Source: an uncultured Acidobacteriota bacterium
GTDB taxonomy: Bacteria; Acidobacteriota; Blastocatellia; RBC074
NCBI GenBank assembly: GCA_963796275.1
Contig: CAWCKY010000001.1
Location: 64,001 to 128,000 of the forward strand
Direction: 5' to 3'
DNA length: 64,000 bases
Positions 1 through 10,070 of this stretch are shown piece by piece. Within the stretch, counting starts at the first letter, position 1. Every line of letters begins with the position of its first letter. The notes below the pieces were generated by a model. The model had not been told where the DNA came from. It saw only the letters and a program-made list of their open reading frames with translations, and did no database searches. A program made the translations under genes and the position numbers.

Positions 1-303
1 TGTTTGATCCATTGTGGATCCACTATCCAATGGATTTGGCTGCCAAGAATGTTCAGAGATCAGAGAAGAAACCTGCCGAAGCCGAACAGTTACGGCTATA
101 TCTCGGGCCTGAACTGGTCAAATCCGCGTAGGCTCGTGACTCCACAATCAATGGGGCTTTCGTGCTCTCACGGCGAAATTATGAACCTACAAAGAGGGAT
201 GCTGAGACTAGACCCAACAAGAAAGCCGGGTTCTGGCCAAGGCTTTCTGAAAATTTCTCACTTTAGACAGAACCAAAAATTTTAAGCTGCAATTGGCAGT
301 AAT

Positions 304-339
304 CGGATCCAGCCGAGATACGTATCTCGGCTGGATCCG
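304..339. terminator. Perfect 36-bp palindrome downstream of the Crp gene; probable terminator or REP-like hairpin
   Basis: cggatccagccgagatac|gtatctcggctggatccg, 65 nt past the stop of the minus-strand Crp gene. Confidence 0.55.
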
Positions 340-404
340 TTGAGGGCCTCCCTCGTCATTAATTAAGCTAATTGCCGCTCAAGAGGAAAGCGTCAATGAA
401 ACTC

Positions 405-1118
405 CTAGCCGAGCAAGCGATCGAACTCGGTTTTGACTACTTGATAACACTCGCAGCTGGTTGCTTCCAGGCCCTGACGGTCGAGGATCGTGATATGGCC
501 TCGGACGTAGCGGATCAGTCCGGCTGCTTGCAGGTGTCCCGCAGCCTTAGTCACACTCTCGCGACGCCCTCCCAGCATATTGGCGATGAACTCCTGGGTG
601 AGCAGCAATTCCGCTGACTCCACCCGATCGTGAGTGAGCAGGAGCCAGCGGCAGAGTCGCTGCTCGACGGTGTGCAGGCGGTTGCAGACAGCCGTTTGGG
701 AGATCTGGGTGATCAGCGCTTGCGTGTAACGCAGCAGCAGATGTTGGCACGGCCCGCCCCGCCTGAACTCTTCCTGAATGACCGGCGCTGGCACTCTCAA
801 GGCGTCGCCCGCGACCTGCACCACCGCCCGATTAGGCACCGTGTTGCCACCCATAAAGAGGGCAACCCCGACGACGCCGTCGTTACCCACCAGGCCCATC
901 TCGGCGGTTGTGCCATCGGCCATGGTGTAGAGCAGTGAGACAATGCAGGTGGTTGGGAAAAGGAGGTACTCCATCTGTTCGCTCGATTCGTAAACGACAC
1001 CACCAAGCGCGAAGGAGACCGGATGCAGGGAGGGACGCAGACGAGTAAAAACCTCAGCGGGCAGGGCGGCGAGCAGCCGGTTTTCAGACGAACCCTGAGA
1101 TTTGGAGGAGATCGGCAT
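405..1118 (-). CDS. Crp/Fnr family transcriptional regulator
   Basis: ENRLLAALP N-terminus, cNMP-binding-like core (EMGLVGNDG), HTH LTQEFIANMLGGRRESVT; likely start MPISS at 1118 rather than 1328. Confidence 0.9.
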   Translation of the reverse strand: MPISSKSQGSSENRLLAALPAEVFTRLRPSLHPVSFALGGVVYESSEQMEYLLFPTTCIVSLLYTMADGTTAEMGLVGNDGVVGVALFMGGNTVPNRAVVQVAGDALRVPAPVIQEEFRRGGPCQHLLLRYTQALITQISQTAVCNRLHTVEQRLCRWLLLTHDRVESAELLLTQEFIANMLGGRRESVTKAAGHLQAAGLIRYVRGHITILDRQGLEATSCECYQVVKTEFDRLLG

Positions 1119-1274
1119 AAATAGCTTTCCTTGATCCTTGCCGGCCAAGGAACAATCGCCGCCGGCACACCAACAATCTGACCTCGATCTAACGTCGAGT
1201 GATGTCTCTTCCGGAAAACCCGTTGATGGTAAACAGTTCGCGGCACAATCTGACACCACGGAGTATAGCTTATA

Positions 1275-1290
1275 TGTGTGCTTCCGCACA
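1275..1290. promoter_or_regulatory. Crp-type palindromic operator overlapping the putative promoter of the Crp gene
   Basis: Minus strand TGTGCG-N4-CACACA; TATACT -10 at 1267-1262 lies 17 nt from its first half-site. Confidence 0.4.
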
Positions 1291-1318
1291 GATAGAATTC
1301 GGAGGCGGACGCCCGTGG

Positions 1319-1948
1319 CTATTGGCAATCCGGGCCGTGTCGGTGGCCGGCCTGAGTGAGATGCTGAGTAATCTCCTTACTAGGGGGAGGAGCTAGTCGC
1401 GTCAGTAGCAGCGCAATCTCGCCGAGCGGCAGGCAGTAATCCACATCTACGTTTTGCAGCACGCTGTACGGCATGGAGGAGGCAATCGCTTCCACCGGAT
1501 CCTGCACGATGGCTATTCCCCCGCGATCCTTCACAGCTTGGAGCCCCGCCGTGCCATCATATAGATACCCCGTTAGAACCACGCCCACGATGCGCGATCC
1601 ATAAGCGTGAGCCGCCGAGCGGAATAATACGTTGATGGCTGGGCGGAAGCGGTTCTCCTTCGGGCCGCGCGTGACCCTGACAAGGCCGGGCTCAAGCAGT
1701 AGGTGGTAATCAGGCGGAGCCACATAAATATGCCCCGGCCTGAGCAGATCAAAATCTGCCGGAACAGAGGCTGGGAGCAGCTCAGCATCCATAAGTATCT
1801 GGCGCAATATGCACGGAGCAGTCGGACCGCAGTGTTGCACAAGGAGAACAGAAGCGGGAAACCCTGCGGGCAATCCGCTAACAATCACCCTCAACGCATC
1901 AATGCCTCCGTAAGAGGCTCCTATGACGATAATGTCCTTGTTCGCCAT
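1319..1948 (-). CDS. cheB: CheB-type methylesterase domain protein, C-terminus apparently truncated
   Basis: IIVIGASYGG, VQH, RFRPAIN, VVLTGYLYDGTAGL, IVQDP motifs; ends at GPDCQ where homologues continue. Confidence 0.8.
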   Translation of the reverse strand: MANKDIIVIGASYGGIDALRVIVSGLPAGFPASVLLVQHCGPTAPCILRQILMDAELLPASVPADFDLLRPGHIYVAPPDYHLLLEPGLVRVTRGPKENRFRPAINVLFRSAAHAYGSRIVGVVLTGYLYDGTAGLQAVKDRGGIAIVQDPVEAIASSMPYSVLQNVDVDYCLPLGEIALLLTRLAPPPSKEITQHLTQAGHRHGPDCQ

Positions 1949-2199
1949 ACGTACCACCTCTATCGAATAGGATTAAGATCACGAAACTCGATGGCGCAAG
2001 AATGACAAAGTTGTATGGTCTAGTATATTGAAATTCTTGTTTGGCAACGAGCCCCCCCAATTCCCCACTGGTGTCCACCAGGCCCGTAGCCGGAGTGGTT
2101 GGTGGAAACGACCTAACTACTCATTTCACCAATAAAATTAGATACCAGAGACGGGTTCCAGAGCTAGTCCGTCATATGTGCCTACGATGTCTTTATCGG

Positions 2200-2330
2200 G
2201 TGCATGAATGGCACAGGCTGGAGAACGCGCACGTCGAGGCGATCCGGACCAGGCTCGCTGAGTCGTTATCGCCGAACACGGCCAACAAGAAGCTTGCGGC
2301 CCTGCGCGGCGTGCTCAAGAAGGCAGACTT
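2200..2330 (+). pseudogene. Tyrosine recombinase N-terminal fragment
   Basis: WHRLENAHVEAIRTRLAESLSPNTANKKLAALRGVLKKA; no catalytic domain. Confidence 0.55.
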
Positions 2331-2446
2331 CATTACTGAGCCCGGCACCCGCGCCAAAAAGCGCTGAAAGTTTTACGCCAAATAATTCCGAAAGTGACAA
2401 AAAATAAGGTCGCCTCCCCCGCCTTTGTATGCCTGATAACGAAGAG

Positions 2447-2521
2447 GATTGTATCCGAAGTGCTCAGATCAGACCTCGGCTGTGACTGAGCAAACGGGTT
2501 CTGAGCATTTCGGATACAATC
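2447..2521. repeat. 22-bp inverted repeat (attC-like stem) abutting the IS91-like element end
   Basis: gattgtatccgaagtgctcaga (2447-2468) / tctgagcatttcggatacaatc (2500-2521), 1 mismatch. Confidence 0.85.
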
Positions 2522-2766
2522 TGTTGAACTAAGCCGCGGCGTGGCTATGGGGTTTGTATGACGAAGAGGCGTAATCGAGAGGAATCGTAACGGCTCGGCG
2601 CCACCTCCGTTGGAAGACGAGTGCGTTGATTCCGCCTACGATCACATTCAGTGAGCCTGGTCTTGCGTGTTTGAAAGGCCGAACGAACACGCTTCTCCTT
2701 AATCGGCCAAGGGGCCATCATCTCAGCTTTGCTTCTACACGACTTGATTCTCCGCCCCATCTGGAC

Positions 2767-3984
2767 TCAGGAGGAATCCATCAGGAACGCCACGAACGTC
2801 TCCGCAGTGGCGTTGTCAGCCGAAGCTTGTATGGTTTCAATGATCATCATGCGGCCCTGCTGGCAAACCGGACAGCGGACTGATTCCGACATGACCGCCT
2901 GCTCATGATACGTCTGCCAGGTTCCCGGGCTGTCGGTCGAGAGGCCGCCATCTTGTTGTTCAATCAGTCGGCGGCACAACTCCAGATTCTCCTGCCGGGA
3001 GCGATGAGCCAGAAGGCCATAATAGCGGATTCTGACCAACCCTTTCGGGAGGATGTGGAGTAGAAAACGGCGCGTGAATTCACGAACATCAAGCGTCATC
3101 GTTTTGGTCGCGTTTCCGGCCGCATAGTCCTTGTAGCTGAATGTCACCCGGCCATCCGAGAGTTCCAGCAAACGATAATTAGAGATCGCCACCCGATGTG
3201 TGTAGCGCGCCAGATATTTTAAGACCTGTTCCGGTCCGCCGAAAGGCGGCTTCGCATAGACCACCCATTCCATCCCGCTCAATTCACGGAGCAGCTTTTC
3301 GAGACGACCTTTCTGCGTCAAATGGCTCAATTGCCCGGCACAGACCAGATTCCCATTCTGAAACTCTTGTCTGAGGCCAGCAATGAACTTGCGGCGAAAG
3401 AGCCGGCTCAGCACTTTCACCGGGAGAAAGAATCCTCGGCGACAAGCGATCCACCGGGAGTGATCCGGAGAGAGCCCGCCACCCGGCACAACGCAATGCA
3501 GATGCGGGTGGTGCTGCAAAGTCTGGCCCCAGGTATGGAGGACAGCGAGAAAACCAATTTCGGCGCCGAGATGACGCGGGTCCGCGGCGATCTCCAACAG
3601 CGTCTCGGAAGTGGCCTTGAAAAGTAGTCCGTAGAGTATTCGTTTGTTCTGCAGCGCTAACGTAGAGAGTTGCTCCGGCAGCGTGAATACAACATGGTAA
3701 TACTCACACAACAGAAGCTCCGCGGCACGTTCATCGAGCCAGGCGGCGCGCGCCGTAGCCTGACATTTTGGACAATGACGGTTCCTGCAGGAGTTGTATG
3801 CGATCTGATGATGGCCGCACTGGTCGCATTGCTCCAGATGCCCACCCAATGCAGCGGTGCGACATTGCATAATGTCGCGCAAGACCCGGCGCTGCACCGA
3901 AAAAAGGGGCAGCTCGTCGCGTTCCATTTGATCAAGGTCTATGCTCCTGAAGATGTCAGCCAGCTCCAGTCGCGGCTTATTCAC
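2767..3984 (-). CDS. IS91 family (Y2/HUH) transposase
   Basis: Zn-binding CRT..GG..CDQC..NSCRNRHCPKCQ, HTWG, HPHLHC (HUH), YLARY; GTG start ~3984. Confidence 0.95.
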   Translation of the reverse strand: MNKPRLELADIFRSIDLDQMERDELPLFSVQRRVLRDIMQCRTAALGGHLEQCDQCGHHQIAYNSCRNRHCPKCQATARAAWLDERAAELLLCEYYHVVFTLPEQLSTLALQNKRILYGLLFKATSETLLEIAADPRHLGAEIGFLAVLHTWGQTLQHHPHLHCVVPGGGLSPDHSRWIACRRGFFLPVKVLSRLFRRKFIAGLRQEFQNGNLVCAGQLSHLTQKGRLEKLLRELSGMEWVVYAKPPFGGPEQVLKYLARYTHRVAISNYRLLELSDGRVTFSYKDYAAGNATKTMTLDVREFTRRFLLHILPKGLVRIRYYGLLAHRSRQENLELCRRLIEQQDGGLSTDSPGTWQTYHEQAVMSESVRCPVCQQGRMMIIETIQASADNATAETFVAFLMDSS

Positions 3985-4840
3985 AATCCCGGCTGGCAGC
4001 CTGCTGACTGAGCAGGTGGTCAAGTGGACTGGCGGTGGAGCTCAACGCCAGTGTAGAGACGTGTACGTAAAGGGCGGTCGTCTTCAGACTGCGATGGCCA
4101 AGCAGCAATTGAATGGTGCGCAGGTCGGTACCGGTCTCCAGCAAATGAGTTGCAAACGAATGACGAAGCACATGTGGCGTGACGGTCTTTGTCAGGCGGG
4201 CTGTTTCACCGGCCTGCCGACAGATGCGATAAATGGTCGTGGTATTAATTGGGCGGTTTGGATCCTCTCCAGGAAAGAGCCACTGAGCCGGCCGGTACGC
4301 CTGCCAGAATTGGCGCAGCAAATCCAGCAGATGTGGCGAGAGCATGACCAAACGATCTTTGCGCCCCTTGCCATGACGAACAACGATGAGTCGCCGCTGG
4401 CTATCGATGTCTGTATTGCGCAAGGCTGCCACCTCCGAGACGCGCAACCCCGCGGCATAAGTGGTAGTGAGAATGGCACGGTGTTTAAGGTTATTGGTGG
4501 CTTGTAGAAGCGCTGTCACTTCGGCCTGGCTCAAGACGAGGGGGAGCCGTTTCTCGTGCCTGGGATAAGGAATCTGATCGATCATCTCCTGTCTGCCGAG
4601 AGTCACGTTATAAAAGAAGCGAAGAGCGCAGACGGTCTGGTTGAACAAGGCCCACGAAGCCTTCTTTTGCCGAACCAGATGGAGTTGGTATTCGCGGACG
4701 TGAGCCGGGCCAAGCTGATCTGGGGACCGCCTAAAGTGTTTGGCGAAATCGGCCACGCAACGAAGATAGACCCTGATCGTATTGGGCGAGTAATTCCGCA
4801 GCTCTAAATCAGCGGCCATCCTTTGACGCAAATCGGTCAT
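3977..4840 (-). CDS. Tyrosine recombinase/integrase
   Basis: AGLRVSE, GKGRKDR, HVLRHSFATHLLE, LLGH..TTALY catalytic motifs. Confidence 0.95.
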   Translation of the reverse strand: MTDLRQRMAADLELRNYSPNTIRVYLRCVADFAKHFRRSPDQLGPAHVREYQLHLVRQKKASWALFNQTVCALRFFYNVTLGRQEMIDQIPYPRHEKRLPLVLSQAEVTALLQATNNLKHRAILTTTYAAGLRVSEVAALRNTDIDSQRRLIVVRHGKGRKDRLVMLSPHLLDLLRQFWQAYRPAQWLFPGEDPNRPINTTTIYRICRQAGETARLTKTVTPHVLRHSFATHLLETGTDLRTIQLLLGHRSLKTTALYVHVSTLALSSTASPLDHLLSQQAASRDCE

Positions 4841-4990
4841 ACAGAGACTCCTTTCACGACTGAAATAAAATGAGATACAAAACGAAAAGCCCTGCAGAAG
4901 CTATTTCAGCAGTGGCGATAAAAGGATAGGGCTCTGTTAGGAGATAAAGGAAGAACTGAGTGTGCGATGGACGATTGAACTGAACGGAGG

Positions 4991-5455
4991 TTAGGTTTTT
5001 AGTATGACCTGCGTCCCGTCGGGTAGGTCTCTGATCTGCTGGTGAATTGACGCATATACGCCGTAATGTTCTGTGACGCTCAAGATTGCCGTATTCTCCA
5101 CCGTGTATCCCCCACCAAGTATCGGCGGAATGATAAAGCTGTAGCACTGGCCCGCGTATAGTATCTTGCCGGCCTTTACCAAACTATCCACGAGAGGAAT
5201 CATGAGCCAATCGGAAGCATTATCATCTTCATCAATCTTGCGACTGAATTCATCCCTGTTTTCTGCCAATTGTTCTATGGTTCCACGACCAATCTCGATC
5301 ATGTGGACAGTACCGTCATTAAAAACCAGAAAGAGATCGCCATATCGGTTTATTAGCCAAACAGTAAACTCTTCGGGCAATAGCCAAGCCCAATCGGCTA
5401 GCAGAGTTGGCCAATCAAAATCATTATGATCAATTATGTAGTCGGTGATCATCAT
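4991..5455 (-). CDS. DUF1851/Tdi1-like toxin immunity protein
   Basis: DWAWLLP..NRYGDLFL...G.CYSFIIPPILGGGYTVEN pattern; RBS GGGAGA. Confidence 0.75.
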   Translation of the reverse strand: MMITDYIIDHNDFDWPTLLADWAWLLPEEFTVWLINRYGDLFLVFNDGTVHMIEIGRGTIEQLAENRDEFSRKIDEDDNASDWLMIPLVDSLVKAGKILYAGQCYSFIIPPILGGGYTVENTAILSVTEHYGVYASIHQQIRDLPDGTQVILKT

Positions 5456-5895
5456 TCTCCCTTACCCTGATGGGAGCCGAAAGCGTTAATGCACTGATAC
5501 CCCATGCATGTCGGATAATCCAGTAAGGACTACCGCGTATGATAATTTGGCATTGCTGAAACTTCCATGCTTTTTCACGGTTGGTCTCTTCTATGTGATA
5601 CTCAGTGCCGCTCAATCCTTTCCCGACAGGTGTGATGTCTCCTTTGGGAGCCAGAGTTGCTGTAGTGATATAAATCAAAGCCACGTCCCAGAAGGGGACC
5701 CAGTTCAGCCGAAAATAGATTGAGCGAATGGGTACAAAGAAGCCCGGCAAGCAGAAAGTGAAGACTACCGCGAAGCGGTTTAGTTCAACAGATTTTATCT
5801 GGCATAAGAGAAGGGGTCGAGGTATAAACCGCGAGGGAGATGAGCCCGATCCGATGGAGCGAGGTCGATCTTGTTAACGGGCACAATAATATTGA

Positions 5896-6471
5896 ATGAC
5901 TTATCACACATCGACACTCTATTGCTTTGTTGACGAGACCGGTCAAGAGACAGAGGGACGATTTTTCCTGGTTTCAGTGGTGATCGCTGATCAGGAATAT
6001 GGACAGATGGCCATGGCGCTGGAGGAAATAGAGCACGCTTCTAAGAAGAGCATTGGTAAATGGCGCAAGACAACCTTTGAAATCAGAATCGCATACCTGG
6101 AAGCAGTCCTAAAAAACCCTCTCTTCGTTGACACTATCTATTTCGCCCAGTACGCCGGCTCTCAAGACTACTTAGATCTGACAGTCCAGACGACAGCCAA
6201 TGCAATTCGTTGCAGAACAGTCTCTGATGACTACATTGCCACCATTACGGTCGATGGATTGAAAGGCAAAGAAGTCGATAAGTTCAAGAGGCGTTTAAGA
6301 ATGTTGAATATCAGTGTCCGGAAAGTCAGGGGCGCACGGGACGAAAGCGATCCAATGATCAGGCTCGCTGACGCCTTTGCCGGTTTTATTCGTGACTACC
6401 TGGAAGGTCAAACCTACGCTCAGCAGATGTTTGAGAGAGCGGTCAACGCGGGTGTAGTGCGGGAGTTATAA
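5896..6471 (+). CDS. DUF3800 family protein (RNase H-like fold)
   Basis: N-terminal FVDETG, central acidic D (TVDG), C-terminal IRLADAFAG; 191 aa and intact. Confidence 0.85.
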   Translation: MTYHTSTLYCFVDETGQETEGRFFLVSVVIADQEYGQMAMALEEIEHASKKSIGKWRKTTFEIRIAYLEAVLKNPLFVDTIYFAQYAGSQDYLDLTVQTTANAIRCRTVSDDYIATITVDGLKGKEVDKFKRRLRMLNISVRKVRGARDESDPMIRLADAFAGFIRDYLEGQTYAQQMFERAVNAGVVREL

Positions 6472-6498
6472 AAAGAAAACCCTCCGACAAAGGAGGGT
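6471..6498 (-). terminator. Intrinsic terminator of the ncRNA
   Basis: Minus strand accctcc-tttgtc-ggagggt-tttctttt. Confidence 0.75.
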
Positions 6499-6570
6499 GG
6501 AGCAACCTACATCAGCGTTTGGCCTTGCTGATAACCCGCCATACGGACGGTGTTCGGTTGCTGCTTCCAC
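6471..6570 (-). ncRNA. Structured ncRNA convergent to the DUF3800 gene
   Basis: Own promoter, closing stem gtgga.gcaacc/ggttgc..tccac enclosing two hairpins, ends in a GC hairpin + U-tract. Confidence 0.7.
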
Positions 6571-6574
6571 GTAC

Positions 6575-6603
6575 AGAATACGAAATTCAGTATTACCGGT
6601 CAA
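6575..6603 (-). promoter_or_regulatory. Sigma70-type promoter for the ncRNA
   Basis: TTGACC (6603-6598), 17 nt spacer, TATTCT (6580-6575). Confidence 0.7.
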
Positions 6604-6914
6604 GCGACCCCAGTTCCCCGCCGTAACCTGGATCGGTCGAACAACCGACCAAACGGCCCGTGCAACCGCATTGAAGCTGCCGACCTTTAGCCAAGAGCAT
6701 AGCGGCGATGCGACCAGGTCAACGGCGCTCTCGTCGCCAATTGTGGGTTCCGGGAGAAATTGATTTTTGTTGCTAAAATGGCGTTACTACTCGATAACTA
6801 AATATATTTAATGTTGACAGATTCCCATTAAATCAATCACTAATTAATAAGTCGTTGACTCAAAAAGCCGGAAGCGATTCCTCGGCCCTGACTCAAAGGC
6901 AGATCGAGGCATAG

Positions 6915-7502
6915 ATGAAACCTGTACTTTTACAATCAGCACTGGATCGGATCGCCCGTGCCAAAATCAGCCAGTTAGTCTGCGGTATCCGCTTCGAGCC
7001 ACAATATTCTGTGCTCGACCGGATTGGTACTGTTGTTGACTTCATTCTGCGCTCACCAGGCACACCTTTCGGTCCCAATGTCTTTCCTTTAAACACAATA
7101 GGTGGTGTCAGCCACACTCTGCATAACAAAGACCATACCGCCTCAATCAATATTACTAATCAAGAATTGATTCTCAATTTGCCATTAGACACAGCAAGCC
7201 TTGACCAGGTTCGAGAAACCATAGCGTCATTTCAATAGTATATTCTCGAACCGATGCGCAATGTCGCAGGTATCCAACACATCGTGAGATATGGCTTGTT
7301 AATCTCCCTCAGCGGTGATAAATCCGTTTTTCGTACTCCACCTATACAGCACTATCTCTCATCCGACTTGCCTGACGCGGCAGACCTCATAATGAGATTC
7401 AGCAAGCGACTGGGCAACGCGGGTCATTTGTGCCGGGCTTCAGAAGGATTGATGGTGAGCTTTCGGCAAATACGCTTGCCGAAAGCTCAGGGACATCTCT
7501 AG
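6915..7502 (+). pseudogene. Hypothetical protein split by an in-frame TAG (7236-7238), truncated
   Basis: ORFs 6915-7238 and 7254-7502 are in the same frame; RBS GAGG upstream. Confidence 0.55.
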
Positions 7503-8775
7503 GCCACTTCCTCGCCCTCTCATATTAATCTCGTCAGCGCCAACCCATGACAAAATGGAGTAAGATGTCTCTTGTATAAGAGACATGTACCAAGCTTTCG
7601 AAAAGGGTGCGCGATGAAAGGACGCATTACGGCTGCGGATATAAAACACAGGAAGGAATTCTAAGAGTTCGTTGTCTCCCAATCTGATAAGGCCTATCGG
7701 CCAGTCCTGCGCCGCCTCTATTTTCACTGGGAGACGTACGCCAAGGATCTGTTGGCTGAGGCGTCGATGACCCCGCCCTACATAATGCTGGTATCCCCCT
7801 CTCTTCCGCAGCATTTCGGGGATTATTCTCCAGTGAACGGCTTCGGCGGATATTCGCAGATTCGCATCCGTCCGAGGCTGCTTCCACGCATGCGTCCGCC
7901 TTTTCTCTCTTAGTTGTATTGTGCTTCGCGTCGTCAGGCGACAAGTCGCTACGATCCTTGTGGCACTAGATCAATCAATGATCATAGGTAAGCTCGCAAG
8001 CGTTCGAAGTTCAACCGAGTAACGATAGAAGAATACATGTCATACATCGAGGGGACCTGGATATCTATTTGGTGAATGAGCGGCTTGAATTGCTCTATCA
8101 CAGAAAGGCATTGCCTATCGAGATTGCGGCATGGAAAGATTCTCTGTTTGATGGGCAGGACTGGCTTATATTTTTGAGTCCGGATGCAGTTCACGACGAT
8201 CCGGATGCGGCCGACGATCAGGCCCGTCTTTGGCTGCGACTCGATGAATCCTCAATAATCCACGGAACGCGGCTCGATTGCGGGACACGTTTATGGCAGG
8301 CATTAGAGAAGCACAAGCGCGTTCGACATATAAACACCTACCGCTACAAGACTACATCGCACATATCAAGAACGGATACAGCCGAGGGATCAGGAATACT
8401 CTGAGCGGCATGGGCAGAAGGAGAGGTTAGCATGGCTATAAGACACGGTGAATTCTGGAGCGCAGGTAATCCTGCGCCAAACATCACCGCCTTCTCCGCA
8501 TGCGCCCAGACACAGTTCCGTAGTTGTTTCTTGGCGTCCACAAGCAGGCTCGGGGTGGATCAATGGAAGTCAGGCGTATGATAATGCCGTTTTACGTTCG
8601 CGCCCGATTTACCGCTTCCACCACGCACATCAGCCCGCGAACCTAAAACAATTATCAGATGAGAGCTTTCCGATTCCCCTTAGCTTGTGGGTGCCTGCAC
8701 TAAGAGAAAGATTGGGGCCTTCGCTGCTTCCGAGTCTATCCTACTCCCATTGGACTTTAGTACCAACATTCATAA

Positions 8776-9243
8776 TTAGTCACATGCCATTGTGAGTCTC
8801 GCTGCTCCACAGTCACCCATAACTGCCCTTCCGTATTGCCAGTTCTTGCGCTTGACTGAGTAGCGCATCTTAATTTTCTGAGGTTGATCTTCGCGGTCTT
8901 TCAGATTCCAATTCAACAGAGCGTTATCTCTTTCCTGTTCGCATATGTATTGACGATATTCTGAATCAATGGCCAATCCAGCTATTGCCTGTTCGCACTG
9001 GCCGGTTTTCATCAGCTCTAGAAAACCTTCGGCACACTTCTCAGAGTGCCGTTCGCGGAACGGGTTAAAAATAGACACAACAGGGCGGTCACTGGTGACT
9101 CGTGCCTTAACAAATCTGTATAACACAGATTTTGAACGCATAAAGTATAGGGCAATGATGATCGCTATCACTACTACAGTGGCAAGCACTAACACTCTGT
9201 GCATCCACCTCCTCTCAGTAAAGCTCGCTCTCAGCATATGCAC
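8776..9243 (-). CDS. Membrane-anchored hypothetical protein, candidate immunity partner of the upstream toxin fragment
   Basis: N-terminal TM helix; overlaps the stop of the upstream ORF; RBS GAGAGG. Confidence 0.55.
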   Translation of the reverse strand: MHMLRASFTERRWMHRVLVLATVVVIAIIIALYFMRSKSVLYRFVKARVTSDRPVVSIFNPFRERHSEKCAEGFLELMKTGQCEQAIAGLAIDSEYRQYICEQERDNALLNWNLKDREDQPQKIKMRYSVKRKNWQYGRAVMGDCGAARLTMACD

Positions 9244-9830
9244 CTCTCACCTCTCGGTCTAGTTGTTGGTGTTGGTTTTGGTGCTGGATTGCGACGCACC
9301 ATCGGATAGACGCGACCGTTACCCGTGATATGTCTAAGGTACCCCCCGTTTTCCCATCCATCAGCCGCTATTAGATAGAGAGAGCCAGTAGCATTTGGGC
9401 CTTCACGTTTCCTGGGATTTGACGAAAAATAAGCGTACCGGTCATAGCCGTAGGCAGAAACACCCTGTGCATTGGCAAAATTCTGACAGAAATTTTGCGC
9501 AGTGTTACATCCATAGAATTTAGCTTCTGCACTTCCTGACCAGTTCACCTTCAATGTTGCCAACTCACTTTTAGTGAACTGCGCTGCTCTACCACTTGTG
9601 TCGTGAAATACAGGTCCGTCACCCACTCCAGAATGAGAGAAGAGGGAGACTTGCCCGACCTTTCCATAAGTTTTCTCCAGTAGACCGGCATCCTTCAATA
9701 GATCCTTGAAATCATCCTTTGTTTTTACACCTCTTAGCAAAACTGTGTCCTTCTTTGGATCAAATCCTTTCATCTTCTGGATTTCTTGCGCTCTGGTCTC
9801 TGCCGCACGTCGCAGTTCATCATCTGCGAG
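9231..9830 (-). pseudogene. Orphan RHS-type C-terminal domain with a His/Cys (DUF4347/caspase-hemoglobinase-like) dyad, 5' truncated
   Basis: LFSHSG and FYGCNT motifs; N-terminus replaced by the antisense of a CHAT fragment. Confidence 0.55.
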
Positions 9831-10070
9831 GGGATCATCGGATTGACGCGAGCCTTCCAATACGCCGGAGCGAAAAGCGTGATTGTCAGTCTATGGTCAG
9901 TAAGTGATGAGAGCACGGCGGCGCTGATGTCGGGATTTTACCGGGAGTTGCGACGGGGAGCGAGTAAGGATATAGCGTTGCAGAAGGCGATGGTGAAGGT
10001 GCGTAGCAATCCGAAATGGGCGCACCCATACTATTGGTCTGCCTTCATACTTTCGGGGAATTGGAAATAG
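9828..10070 (+). pseudogene. CHAT domain C-terminal fragment
   Basis: EGIIGLTRAFQYAGAKSVIVSLWSVSDEST...HPYYWSAFILSG. Confidence 0.9.

Larger units (their letters stand above)
2523..4980 (-). mobile_element. IS91-like element carrying a tyrosine recombinase and a Y2 transposase
   Basis: Two overlapping co-oriented ORFs; minus-strand ends GTTCAAT (4980-4974) and CGGCTTAGTTCAAC (ending 2523). Confidence 0.8.

Noticed and set aside
3977-4840. Integron integrase IntI
   Set aside because: Lacks the IntI-specific insertion and is coupled to an IS91-like transposase
5456-5750. Cognate toxin upstream of the Tdi1-like immunity gene
   Set aside because: No recognisable nuclease motif in any frame
7236-7238. 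Pyrrolysine/recoded TAG
   Set aside because: The gene is also truncated and nonsense lesions of all types are common here; no pyl evidence
7440-8404. Short ORFs that may be gene fragments
   Set aside because: No family recognisable by eye
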